From Botryllus schlosseri (taxonomy: Eukaryota), in the NCBI GenBank assembly GCA_051294905.1, contig CM119378.1, forward strand, positions 9,176,001-9,240,000: a stretch of 64,000 nt of DNA, written 5' to 3'. The notes under the pieces were generated by a model. The model did not search any database. It saw only the letters and a program-made list of their open reading frames with translations, and was not told the origin of the DNA. Positions 38,701 to 50,700 of the stretch are shown piece by piece (position 1 is the first letter of the stretch; each line of letters starts with the position of its first letter). The translations under genes were made by a program, and so were the position numbers.

Positions 38701-41700
38701 AACAGCTTCATCTGCGGCTCGGTAACCAATTCCAACGTGGTAGTCGATGTCGTTGTAGTTATTATTGTGTTTGGAAATCGGGCGTCTTCGTCGCTGGCTG
38801 AGCATGCCCCGACACTGAGGTCATCGATTGCTATATCACCTTCGAAGTTTTTACGTTCCGCTTCAACAATCACCTGCATTGTACGCGGTCTTTATTTCAC
38901 GCGGTTATCTCGCAAGTAGCATTCAAGCTTTACGTGAAAGTGTCCTTTGTCTAACACATCTGCCGGGATCATAACTTGTCCGAGAATCCATTGATTTCCT
39001 TGATCGCCAGTTTTTTCCCAAATCGCGTCATCCAATCGAGTTTTGTCGTTGGTGACGAAAACCTTCAAAGGCCCGGTATGTGCACCGTTCATGTTGTACC
39101 TGTGATAAGGATACGATGTGTTGATATGGGGCAGGTGATTTCATTATTATTACTACGAGTTATGCAATATTTAAATGGACATGTTGCCTCGTTACGGAAA
39201 CAGATTTAACCCACGGTCATTCCTACGACTTCATTGCAACTAACCAGAAATTGAAAATCGGCTTGGCTCCTTCATCGCACTCTATTTTGGGAGATAACAA
39301 TCTTGCTTTATCTCCTTCCACTCTGGGCCATGAAGTTTCGATGTAGAGATATCTTCCTTCTGCACAGTAAAAATACGTATATTATAGAGTTTCACCAGGT
39401 AAATGGATGTGGTAGGTCAATTACCAATAAATGCAAGTATACTGATTTAATATTATAACTTTGAGGAATGGATGATGTGCATAATAATGTTATAAAAGCA
39501 TACAACGATTACTGCCTCTAGAGTACGGGTCACCAACACACGACCTGTGAGGTCATGTTCTGCGCCACGCGACTTGATTTGAGATTTCGGAAATTTGGTA
39601 AAGAATTTTAAAATACTGAAATTGATTGCTCTTGTTGTTCAAAATAAGCTATTCTATGTGCCTAACGTCACTATTCCTCACTAGCTGATACGGTTTCGGT
39701 GGTGGAAATTGCATTCCATGGACGAAGAATTAGCTGATTTCAACATTTTTGAAATTTTTTTCAATATTGTATATATTTTAATATTGTACATTTTTATAAT
39801 ATATTCATTGCAAAAATATATTCAAACCCGAAGCTTCTCGAGCTGACACTATTCATGGGCAATCGTCAGCAAATGTAAAATTTCAACAACATGCATCTAG
39901 CTACATTGCATACAACCAAGTATGACGTGATAGAAACAAATAACATGAAATACACGCAAACCGCGAGCGCAGCTAGTGGCCAATTTTGGGGATTGACTAA
40001 AAATTCCTTCTGCTGACACAAGCGCGGTCGGTGGATTTTAATATAAGTCGATTCCAGTGCAGACAGATGGAAATTAGTGCGGCCTCTAACCAATATCGAG
40101 AATCTTTCATCGCAATAGTTTTTAGCGCAAGTTGCATTCTCAGCCAAATGCTTGCCGATGGCAGAGTTCATAGCCATGAGCTGAGTTTTCTGTCCACAGA
40201 ACTCTTGATGATGTGTTCGGGGTACCCGTTATCGATTAGAATTTTGCTGATATATTCTAGCTCCACGTTTAATTTTACATCCGAACATATCGTCACGGCT
40301 CTATGCACCAACGTGCCAATCAAATTTTGTTTACGGCGATTCGGGCTAAACGAATTCCAACGTATATATATTGTCCTGTAAACGTTGGCTTCCGGTAAAC
40401 CAAAGTGACAAAGCTAATACCCTGTTTTTCCACTAGAACGTCTAAGAATGGTAACGAGTTAACACGCTCTTTTTCAAATGCAAATTTTAAAGACGAGTGT
40501 AGAGAATTCAAGTTATCAAAGAAGCCATCGAACTCCGCAAAATTATAATCGATAACGGGTACCCCGAACACATCATCAAGAGTTCTGTGGACAGAAAACC
40601 CAGTAATTTCAATCCCAGCAAATCACAAAACACGAACACATGGTCTGAGGAGAATGTATATTGTATATATACATTTACCGTGGCTGGGGCCTATCTCTTC
40701 CGGTTTTGAAAAGCAATTGATTTCTGCTGTAAAGCGCTGTTACGATAACGTAAATACTCATGTTGTGTTTACTACCAAACAATTGCTTCCTGCAACGCGC
40801 AAAGATGTTCTTCCTGCTTCTCAACAAAGCAATATAGTCTATGACAGGGGTCGGCAACCTTTTGCTAGTCGCGGGCCAAATTTCGGGTGTACAACCTTTT
40901 GGCGGGCCGGATTTTTTCTTAGTTCTATATTTTACGCTCACTTCGGTATATTATCCTACATTGCTGCAATCTCAATCATACCAATCCGAAGACACGTGTA
41001 TTTACACTTCAACGACACAGAATAATTGTGACAATTGACGCAGTTTGCTTTGTCAAAGGTTTTCAACTTCGGTAACAAGTCAGATGAAATAAGAATCAGA
41101 CCCTATTCAAAGTGGACGTCCGAAATACGTGATCTTAGCTTGCTCTTCGTGAATTTCATTGTTCAAAACTATTGTTCACATGCGTACGTGCTTCAAAAAA
41201 TCGATGCAATTTCTTTTGCATTGCTGGTCAAGCTGGGATAAAGACCAATTTCAAGAACGTACTCTTTGTCAAAGTCATGCAGCGATATGCTCTTTGTATG
41301 AAATTTGTCATTCAATTCAACTGCATCGCATTTCAGAAAGGCCCATTTGAAATTTACAGGCAATGGTATTGGCGTCCACATTAAACAGAGTACTGAATAG
41401 TCAGAATTCATTTTGTAGAGAAGGAATGTCGGAAAACCGGGTGAATATTCAGTAGTTAAACTTCGTATCACAGTTACAAATGTAGTGTTGGTACTAGGTT
41501 TTCTCTCCTCCAGTATAGGAAAGTGAGCACAATTTTCTTTGTACTGTTGACATTTCCAGAGTCACAGATTTGTTTTGAATGCGCCTCAACATCTCATGTA
41601 TGTACTTGTTTTCCCCTTGAAGTTGCAAATTCAATTTGTTCACATGTGACGTTAAATGTACCAGGAAAGCAAGATGAGATACCCATTTTCGATTACAAGA

Positions 41701-44700
41701 TTATGAGTCGACGATATTTGTATTTTCGAGGAAAGTTGCTATTTCATTTCTCAGTTCATACACTCGTGTAAGCATAGCTGCTCGACTCAATGAGCAAACA
41801 TGACAGATATAGGCCTACATGACATCGCCATATTGATTCTCTGCTTCTAGTAATATCTGGCGTAACTGATTCAGTTGATGAGACAAAAATCATATTAACA
41901 GTTTTCACCATTGTGGCCAAAACACTATTCAGGTTTTTTGTCTTGGCACACAATGCCTTCTGGAAAATCAAACTATAGACAGGCTAACTAACATACGGAG
42001 GCTAGTTATATCTATAATTGAATAGTTTGAGATTCCGTCATTGCGTCTGAGATGCTCCAAGCGTTTTTGAAGCAAAGGAAGAACACCTTTTGTCACACCC
42101 CGTTTGAGTGATTAACCCTTTAAAAAGCATGGAACACCTTCGGTTGCGAGATACACCCGATTGATAAGCACTGATCCAGTCTAGTCTATCTCCATCTCCT
42201 ACTTCAACCACCTTCGTTTTATGGCGTAACAATAGACTAATACGATGTAGGCTACTATTATATCGTAGCAATGCCGCATTTTTTTCATGCAGCGCTGTGC
42301 TGCAGATGGAAACTCATTATGAAGCGGCGGGCCGTATTCTAGTGATAACTAATTATTATGTCGCGGGCCGGACGATTTCGCTTGGCGGGCCGGATCCGGC
42401 CCGCGGGCCGTAGGTTGCCGACCCTTGGTCTATGATTTCATGAGCCACCGTGATTGTCGGTACGTGGGAAGAACAACTCAGCGCTTGCAGGAACGCATCA
42501 AACAACATGTTCCGAGCGTTATTAGATCGCGCACATTGGACTCTCGCGAAGACGCAGCCGTAACTGATCTGCGATTACTAGAACGTAATCAGGCCATGGC
42601 TATGAACTCTGCCATCGGCAAGCATTTGGCTGAGAATGCAACTTGCGCTAAAAACTATTGTGATGAAAGATTCTCTATATTAGGTAGAGGCCGCACTAAC
42701 TTCCATGTGTCCGCACTGGAACAGACTTATAATAAAATCCACCGACCACGCTTGTGTCAGCAGCAGGAATTTTTGTCAATCTAAAAATTGGCCACTAGCT
42801 GCGCTCGCGGTTTGCCTGTATTTCATGTTGTTTGTTTCTATGGCGTCATAATTGGTTGTATGCAATGTAGCTAGATGCATGTTGTTGAAATTCTCCATTT
42901 GCTGACGATTGCCCTTGAAGAGTGTCAGATCGAAAAGCTTCGGGTTTTAATATATTTCTGCAATGAATATATTAATAAAATGTATATTAAAGTTATTTAC
43001 CCCAAAGAGTCATTTCAATATTGCCTTGACATGCAATGGCCCAGAAACTGCCAATTGCAAGACGCTTAGAAAACCGCTTAAGGCTTCCCACAAGATCAAG
43101 CTTTACGGGGAGCGATAGTTTTTCAGCAAATATCATGTCTAGGTAACCCTAATATCAAAGAAGTGATGATTAAGATATTTTTTTAATAAAATGTTATTAC
43201 TTTTGTGGCAACTATTGCTGTCGCCATGTTAGAGAGCACAGCGTTGTACTGACGTAAAGTTCTAAAAACGTGGTTGTTAAACTGTGTGGTCTATTATATC
43301 TCGACATTGAATTCATGTGGCCCGCAACCTTTACGAAATTTGAAAAGTGGCCCGCGACTCGTTTTGAGTTGGCGAACCCTGCTCTAGAGGCTCAACTTCA
43401 TGTTGCGTTAGCAGTAAAGTATTATTTGCAACAATATATAGTTCTGGCATACGAATTCCTTCGAATATTTTTATCAGCTTTGTTACAATATTGTGGTGTA
43501 TCTTTCTTCACAGCGATATTTTACCAGAGATCAATTCCGCTGATGTCGAACGCGGTAAATGTAGCAGCAAACAACAATTGCACATAAATGATAATTTAAT
43601 GCACCGTTATACATACGCTCTGTTTTTAAAGTGTGGTCATTCACGGGCCCAGTCTTCGATGTTTGAGTTCTTCCTCTGTTCGGCAACCAATTGAATTCGT
43701 CTTCAGTCATTTGGGTCCAGCCGCAAGTGTTGTTTTCAAAATCGCAGTACGGCGACTCTGCAGTTGGAATAACAAAATTCTCTTAATGAAACTCGAAGGA
43801 CTTTAAAAGGTCAGTAAAAAAGTTGAACCAACGAGACAGATCTAGCCTATGAATTGATCTGCTATATGTGATATTTTTAGGCATGTTGTGAATATAGCTG
43901 CCGCTCCTTCGCCCAATTTTCACAAAGAATACATTGATGTATTTTCGAAATTCAGATTTATGCTATCGTTATCGCGGTTATCACACTTCGGAACAGAAGC
44001 GCTATTTCGCTCGAGTGGCTAGTCGTGAAGCAAATATAATGATAGCTACTTACGTCGAGGGCAATTTCCTTCTTTCAGTTCAATGTCGTCAATGGCAATA
44101 TCGCCTTTGTAGTTTTTGCCCGATATCCCCTCGATGATAATCTGTGTGACATGATGATTTGATTGAGTCGAATCGGAAATTTTTGAAATCATCTTGAACG
44201 TTGCTGACTCGTACTAATCTAGGCCTACCTTAAGACGGACGCGGTGGTAAAACATGCGTAAAGTGATTTGCACAAGGGACTTCGACTTGGATTTGAAACG
44301 AATGAATTCATAGGTTTCAGTAGGATTCCGATCATATCTGTGTTGTGGAATTTTGTGAAGTTAAATTTGGAATTGTGAAATGGATTTGGAGTGGGTATCA
44401 AGTTTCTTCTAATATTATATTCGAACGAAATCGACTCTGAATATGAACTTATGAGTCAATTACTACGTACCGGCCCGTTGCATAGAAAGCAAATATTCAT
44501 ATAATAAATAATAAACTATGTCCTCTCACGTTAATGGGTTCGTTTACGTCTAAGTCAATCGATTCTTGATTCCACCAGTCCGTGTTCTCGCCTGCCATAG
44601 ATCTACTTTTGGTGCCAACAGACCATGGCCCGGATAAATGCGCTATGGTCGTCTCTAGACCTGATTCCTCGCCTTTGATTTTGATATTCAAGTCTTTCAC

Positions 44701-47700
44701 ATCTGTGCCGTGCATGTTGTGCCAAAATCTGAAATTTTACATACATGCATATGAATTTTGGTTGTAGGCTACTGTGTATCCCAGGGGTCGCCACCTCAAA
44801 ACGGGTTCAGGGCAAGTTTTCAAATTTCGTAGAGGCCGCGGGCGCGAGAATACAATATTGATACAGAAAAGCTAAGCAGTTTAGCCACACGTTTTAAAAA
44901 CTTCACGCCAGTATGACGCTGTGCTTCCTAACGTTGGCGACTGTCATAATAGTTACTTACAACTAAAGAAGCAATACAAAGTAGTACAAATGCAACAAGA
45001 AATATCATGATAATCATTTTCGTTTTATTTTTAACTGTGAGCTGCGCACGATATACCCGGCAACGCTTTTCATCGACTAAGCATTAATCAATCAATATTC
45101 AGGCTGGCGAGACACGTTAATATAGCTGAAAGAGTTTCTCCTCCTAATCCTTGATTTCGTGGGAAGCCCTAAGCCATTTTCTAAGAGTCTTGGTCTTGGC
45201 AGTGTATGGGTCGTTGCACTTCAAGGTAATATGCCCAATTGCCCATTCATATCAACTGATTCTCTTTCAATCGCATGCTGTTGGCAGCGTAGAAGCCGTT
45301 TCGCCTAGTGAGGAATAGTGCTGCTGCGCAAAGGCAAATAGCTTATTTTTAAACTATAATAGCAACACCAACATTTTAAAACTGAAATAAATTTCGGAAT
45401 TTCTAAATACTTCACTTATCGTTCTTTGGAAATCTCAAATCAGTGTGCGGGCCGCGTGTTGGTGACCGCCGGTGTAGACTGTATGTATACAGCAGCGAAA
45501 ATTAATAGATCGAAACGCTCACACGCTCACGCTTATCAGGTAAGATGTCCCATACATATATTTTTTAATTATATTATATTAAAGATATTAGCATCTTCAT
45601 TTATGTAATAATTAAAAGTTCAAGTGTGATAGAGTATTCTTCGTACCTGAAACAAAATGGACCGCTCTCCCGTAATGTCGGACTGATAAGTCTGGCGTGA
45701 TCGCCATTCTGTCTTGGCACGGAGGTTTCTATGTAAATGTAATATCCAGAACCAGTCTCTTGAAAAAACAAGATCGAAATTGCTTATTATTAATAATGTC
45801 GCTGATAAGCTGGTTACACAACAACAATTAGCAGTGCGATTCCAAAACAAACACGATTCACTACAAAGCAAATGTCAAACACAATGGTCACTTCGTGGCG
45901 TCACATATTATGTTTCCGTGAAAATGCTTTTTTGATTAGTCTATTTTGGATTTGTAAGGCGATTAAATGTGGAATTGTCAGCTAATTTATATCTTAGATT
46001 TGCGCTGTGCGTGTAGCGGTTCTAAAAGTATGCTTGCTCGTAGTTTTCGGTTTTGCTCCATTTCTAGTTACTAATCCACATGCTACATGTTGTACACATT
46101 GAGTGTTATTTATGTTAGTGAAAATTTGGGATTACAAGAGATTCAGATTGCGACCGGTAACATGGCTCACATGGTTCAAATTTGTGGAATGCGGACTTTT
46201 CTAGATCGTGATCGGATCAAGAAATTCCGAGCGGGGCCTACGAATATCGCTAAATCCAGCACACGACTCCCAAATACTCCGGCCATGTCAGAAAAAGTAC
46301 GAATCTGACTCTGATCTGAGTCCCACGTTATCAGTAAAAGTACCAATCCTGGCCCTATCCTATTTATGGTAATCTATGCTCCTCTTATCGTATGACACGT
46401 GGAGACATTGGTAAGTTATAACTCGTCGTATTGTAGTTAATGTCAATCTTTACTCATCTGATAATTTGACAATTGAAGCAAATCGAAATATCCAAGCTGT
46501 GGCTAGGGTTGTGTTTCAAATGGAAATCAATTCAAGATACAGATGTTTAAAATAGCCCATTTGTTTGAAACGTGTCTTTTATTGTTCGTTTTTATGGTGG
46601 TTAGCTATGATCGTCGACAGATAAAAAATAACATCTAAATTTGCAATATTTTGGGCCGACAATTGCTTTTATACATGTATCCTGAAGTATTCAATTGGCT
46701 CAGTCGCAAATAATCGAATTTCGTCTTCATCATTACCTCTGGCTTAGACATGGGTTGCGTTGGTGAACTTACCCGCATCCTATCCCATCCCAAAAAAGTA
46801 TACAATCCGACTATTGTGAGATCATCTTTGATCAATACGTCAAAATGAATCTGCAACTTAACGTGATGCTGCAGGACGTTCCCCCACATCGTAAACACAT
46901 GACGTATAGGATGTGTATTTAACATATTTACTCCAGAGCATAGTGTGCAAATCAGCCTATTGGCACTTTCAAGTGCCAAATTTTGCTTACAAAACTATTC
47001 CAATGGATGAAAACGAAATAAATACATCAACCCTTGTGAAGATATATCCCAGGGGTGTAGTAGGATTTCCTCAATATTAATATAAAAATAGTATGTAACC
47101 TGCGTGATGCTGCGTGACTGCATAAGGAGGTCATCGCGGATTACATGTAACTACGGCGATTTATTTTTTTACATGTCAAAAAAAGTTAAAACTTTGTCAA
47201 AATTGCAGCATTAGGTAAAAAAATTGTTTAGAAAGTAAAAAAGATTTTGCAACCTGCATTTCGTTTGTATCGTAGATGTTTGCACCGTCGGTGAACTCAT
47301 CATTTGACATATACATCTTGTAGCCTACTTTAAAGGCCTATTACCGCTGTAGACGGCCCATTATTTGCTCATTGTGATTCATAAATGGTCAATTGAAACA
47401 AATAGTATCATTCGTTGTTGTACTATAACAAATTTTAATTATTTCTACCACTATGCGTGATTTATTGGAATTGTTCATCGGTCCAGATTTCGTTAAAATA
47501 TAATTTGACAGTTTTTAATTCAAAAGGTTTTTCAGGCCAAACTACTTTGTTAGGACAGACAGTTCCAAGCAGTAATAAAGTAGTGCAATTCTAACATTTT
47601 CCAGAAAAGCACCTAATTTACATACATGAGCGAAAATTTTGTCAAGATTTAGTTTTTAAGATCAAAAACTATCAAAATTGTAATTTTTAGGTCAAAATCT

Positions 47701-50700
47701 ACCGTTTTATAGGTAAAAAAGCGCCCTACATATAACATACGTCACCTATTTCTAAAGCAACTATACGCACGCTCTCACGCTACAGTCCTTCAGAAATTAT
47801 TTAGACAAGATTTTTATAATAATACCAGCTTTAAAAACAAAAGACTTTTTATGAAGCCTTTTCTTTAAACTATTATTTGCGACATGTCTCTAATAGACTT
47901 GGTTAAAACACGCTTTGTTATAAATGCAACCTAGTTCGTACGCAATGGAAGTAGAGTTTCGATAGTGGGCAATGCGTCGATATCGTAATTTTAGAGGATC
48001 CAGGCGATTTAGACAACGTTCATGTATTCGATGACATAGCAGTATAATTTTACAGTAGGCCAATATTGGAATACATCATGTTACTCTCTTACAAATACCC
48101 CTTTTATCATAGCTCGCATAGTTCGTGACAAGATTATTTTGAGATTTGCTATATAACCATTTTGGATGGTGTCAAGTTTCCTACCTAATTTAGGCTTAAC
48201 GCTAGTGCAATTTACAGCTCATCGGGTAGTTAAACAATTATTCACATAATCCCATTGTGACCAGATTCGTGAGTTGTCTTTAAAGCTTCGCGGCTTACGA
48301 ATCATGGACATTGTACGATATAGCAACTGTACGAAATTTTTGAAGTATTCGACAATATTCAACTCCCACATATCTTTTTATATATTATTTATATTTTTAT
48401 ATTTGAGAACTTAAAATGCGCTCACAATATTCCTGAAACTATTCATCGAACTTCACAATCACATCACATTCAAAAGTGACCATGCGGTGGAAGATCAGCT
48501 TACGTCACCTTTCCTGTTTATGATTGTAAAACATGACCCGTTGATGATTTGTAACTGAAAAGTGAGATTTGGACTTGGGCGCGATCTTCTGTAGAATTAC
48601 TCGGACTCGGATTGAATCGGTGATAAAATATAAATGACTCGAGTTAAGTCGGATCAGGCGTTACAATCTGAGAACGACTTGTGATTCGAAACGCCGTGAC
48701 TTGGTACAACCACGGATGCAACAAATTATTATCAAACTGGTATGGGGAATAGTAATATTACAAAAAGGTCGTAGCTTGCTTTGCTCAGCGTATTTAGCTA
48801 TCTCAGCAGGTCGGTGTGGAAACCATTGGCATTCTGTTGTTAAATTCTAAATATTCTACCTATGTGACACGGCAAATGTCCGCTATAGCTGCAAAATTTA
48901 CAAAGCGACAGCTTTTATGGTGTCATGTTGCATTTGTACTTTGGCATGGTGTCAATATAATTCTATGCTAAAAATAACAAAGATTTTAGTCAAATATTTA
49001 AACTGCGACTTTTTCGTGCCAGGCGTAAATTCACTATAATAAAACCCATTTTCACTATGTGCGTGGAATGCCAGTCTGCGAGGTCCCGTCATATAAGGCC
49101 TACTTGGAAATACATTTAATTGAATACCCCTAGTATTGGTGTGCAGCCCGCGGGGCCATGAAAAACTAGGAAGTTGGCCCGCGAGCACATTTGAGTTTGA
49201 GACCTCTGCTTTAGATTATGAATATATATCATACGTCACGAGAAAGACATGATTCTATCGTTGTTATTGCTTTCAGGCATATCTCAACGAATTTGTGGTA
49301 TGTCTTTGTGCAGCAGGGTTGTTCAAATTTCTATTGCCTCTGCGACCGCTTCTACTGGTTGGAATTGAGCCAAATTTGTGGTGCAGCATTTATTAGACAG
49401 CCTGCCATTTTAGTCAGTGAATCCCCAGAATCCGGGGGAAATGTTCTTTTTGAACAACCCGAATGTGGAGGCACCAGGGCTGTGTCTGAAATGAAAATGA
49501 ATAAACACATATCTTTAAAGCAGGGTGATTTTTAAATCATGTTTGCTATTTTTGCACTTTTACGTTATTGGTCAATTTGGTTATGAATATGCCCGCAGAT
49601 GACGATAGCATCAAAAGTTCCAATATATTGCGTTTCAAGAGTGCAGAACAAGTACTAGATAATAATCATTTGGTGGCGATATACGCCACAGGTAGATTTG
49701 GCAGTTGGTGCGCGCAGCGATGAGTAGGTAATCTAGCACCAGTGCTTTAGGTACATCTAATCGTTCCTTGAATATGGATATCAGATGCGAACTCTGCCAG
49801 TTAACACCGACACATTTATCGAAGGTGCTTGTCGTGATAGAAAAACAGTTATGCCATGAATGATTACGCATGATTGGTGACTGTGGGCACGGTGTGCATA
49901 TTTGATAATGACTTTCCCATCTTAACGGTGTCAGTCAAATCTGGTAAAACTCCTATATCTCTTCCGGAGGACTATTCATTATAATTATCTATATATTGAA
50001 GGGCATGTCTTATAAAAGTATACATTGTGTTCATTAATACCCATTATCATTATTTCGACTTGTGTCCTTATTTTGTCTTTTTCACAGCTCTCATCGTAGT
50101 TCATGACTATACCGACTATAAGGATAGGACGGCCAATAAGGTTGAGATCGGGAATATTTTAGTCTTTAGAATCCCGTTTGTTTTGTGATCAAGATAATTG
50201 AATTCACATTACAATACCCAAAATTTTTCGTCGACGTCGATGTCAATACTGGTAATAGAATATGGACCGGAATCATGACGGAAATGTCGTTGTTTTGTAT
50301 GAACTGATACAAGCTTTAAAATATCATTGATTAGGCTCTCGGGATATATAGGTCATCCATTCATTTTGCTATGTTGTCACACTCGACGTGAATAAATCGA
50401 AAGTATGATATATCGTATGAAATTTCGTATGCGAGACAAGAAATCCGTCATATGCCATCATATTCCATCGAATTAGACTATTTGTTTACGTGACTGTTTA
50501 CTCACCCGAAAGAACTTGCAGACCGATTACTCACTTAAATATTGTCAAAACTGGTCCGTATATTTGTCACGATGTATGCATTTACGTAATGTCCAAGAAT
50601 GTAAACTTACGTTAAGTTGGATTGGGCCAGTTGACATTGAACATATCAATAAGGTAAATTTGCAATGATACGACATCATGCAACACGGTTCACGATGATA

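Larger units (their letters stand above)
39785..43005. mobile_element. Penelope-like (GIY-YIG) retroelement, head-to-head inverted pair, decayed
   Basis: Minus arm: RT C-part LPFLDV...[11 protein letters not shown] and endonuclease tail SAIGKHL...LE..I...P.L; plus arm: LPWLG...NIVYDF...[17 protein letters not shown]; junction near 40540; shared 3' ends point outward. Confidence 0.88.
39524..43381. mobile_element. Older hAT MITE that hosts the Penelope-like insertion
   Basis: Degenerate TIR tacgggtcaccaac / gttggcgaaccctg; perfect TSD ctctagag. Confidence 0.75.

Noticed and set aside
46635-46979. 114-aa minus-strand ORF with a good GTAAGT donor, as a possible extra exon
   Set aside because: The candidate exon is phase 0 inside a phase-1 intron within MAM1; inclusion would shift the frame and break the domain.
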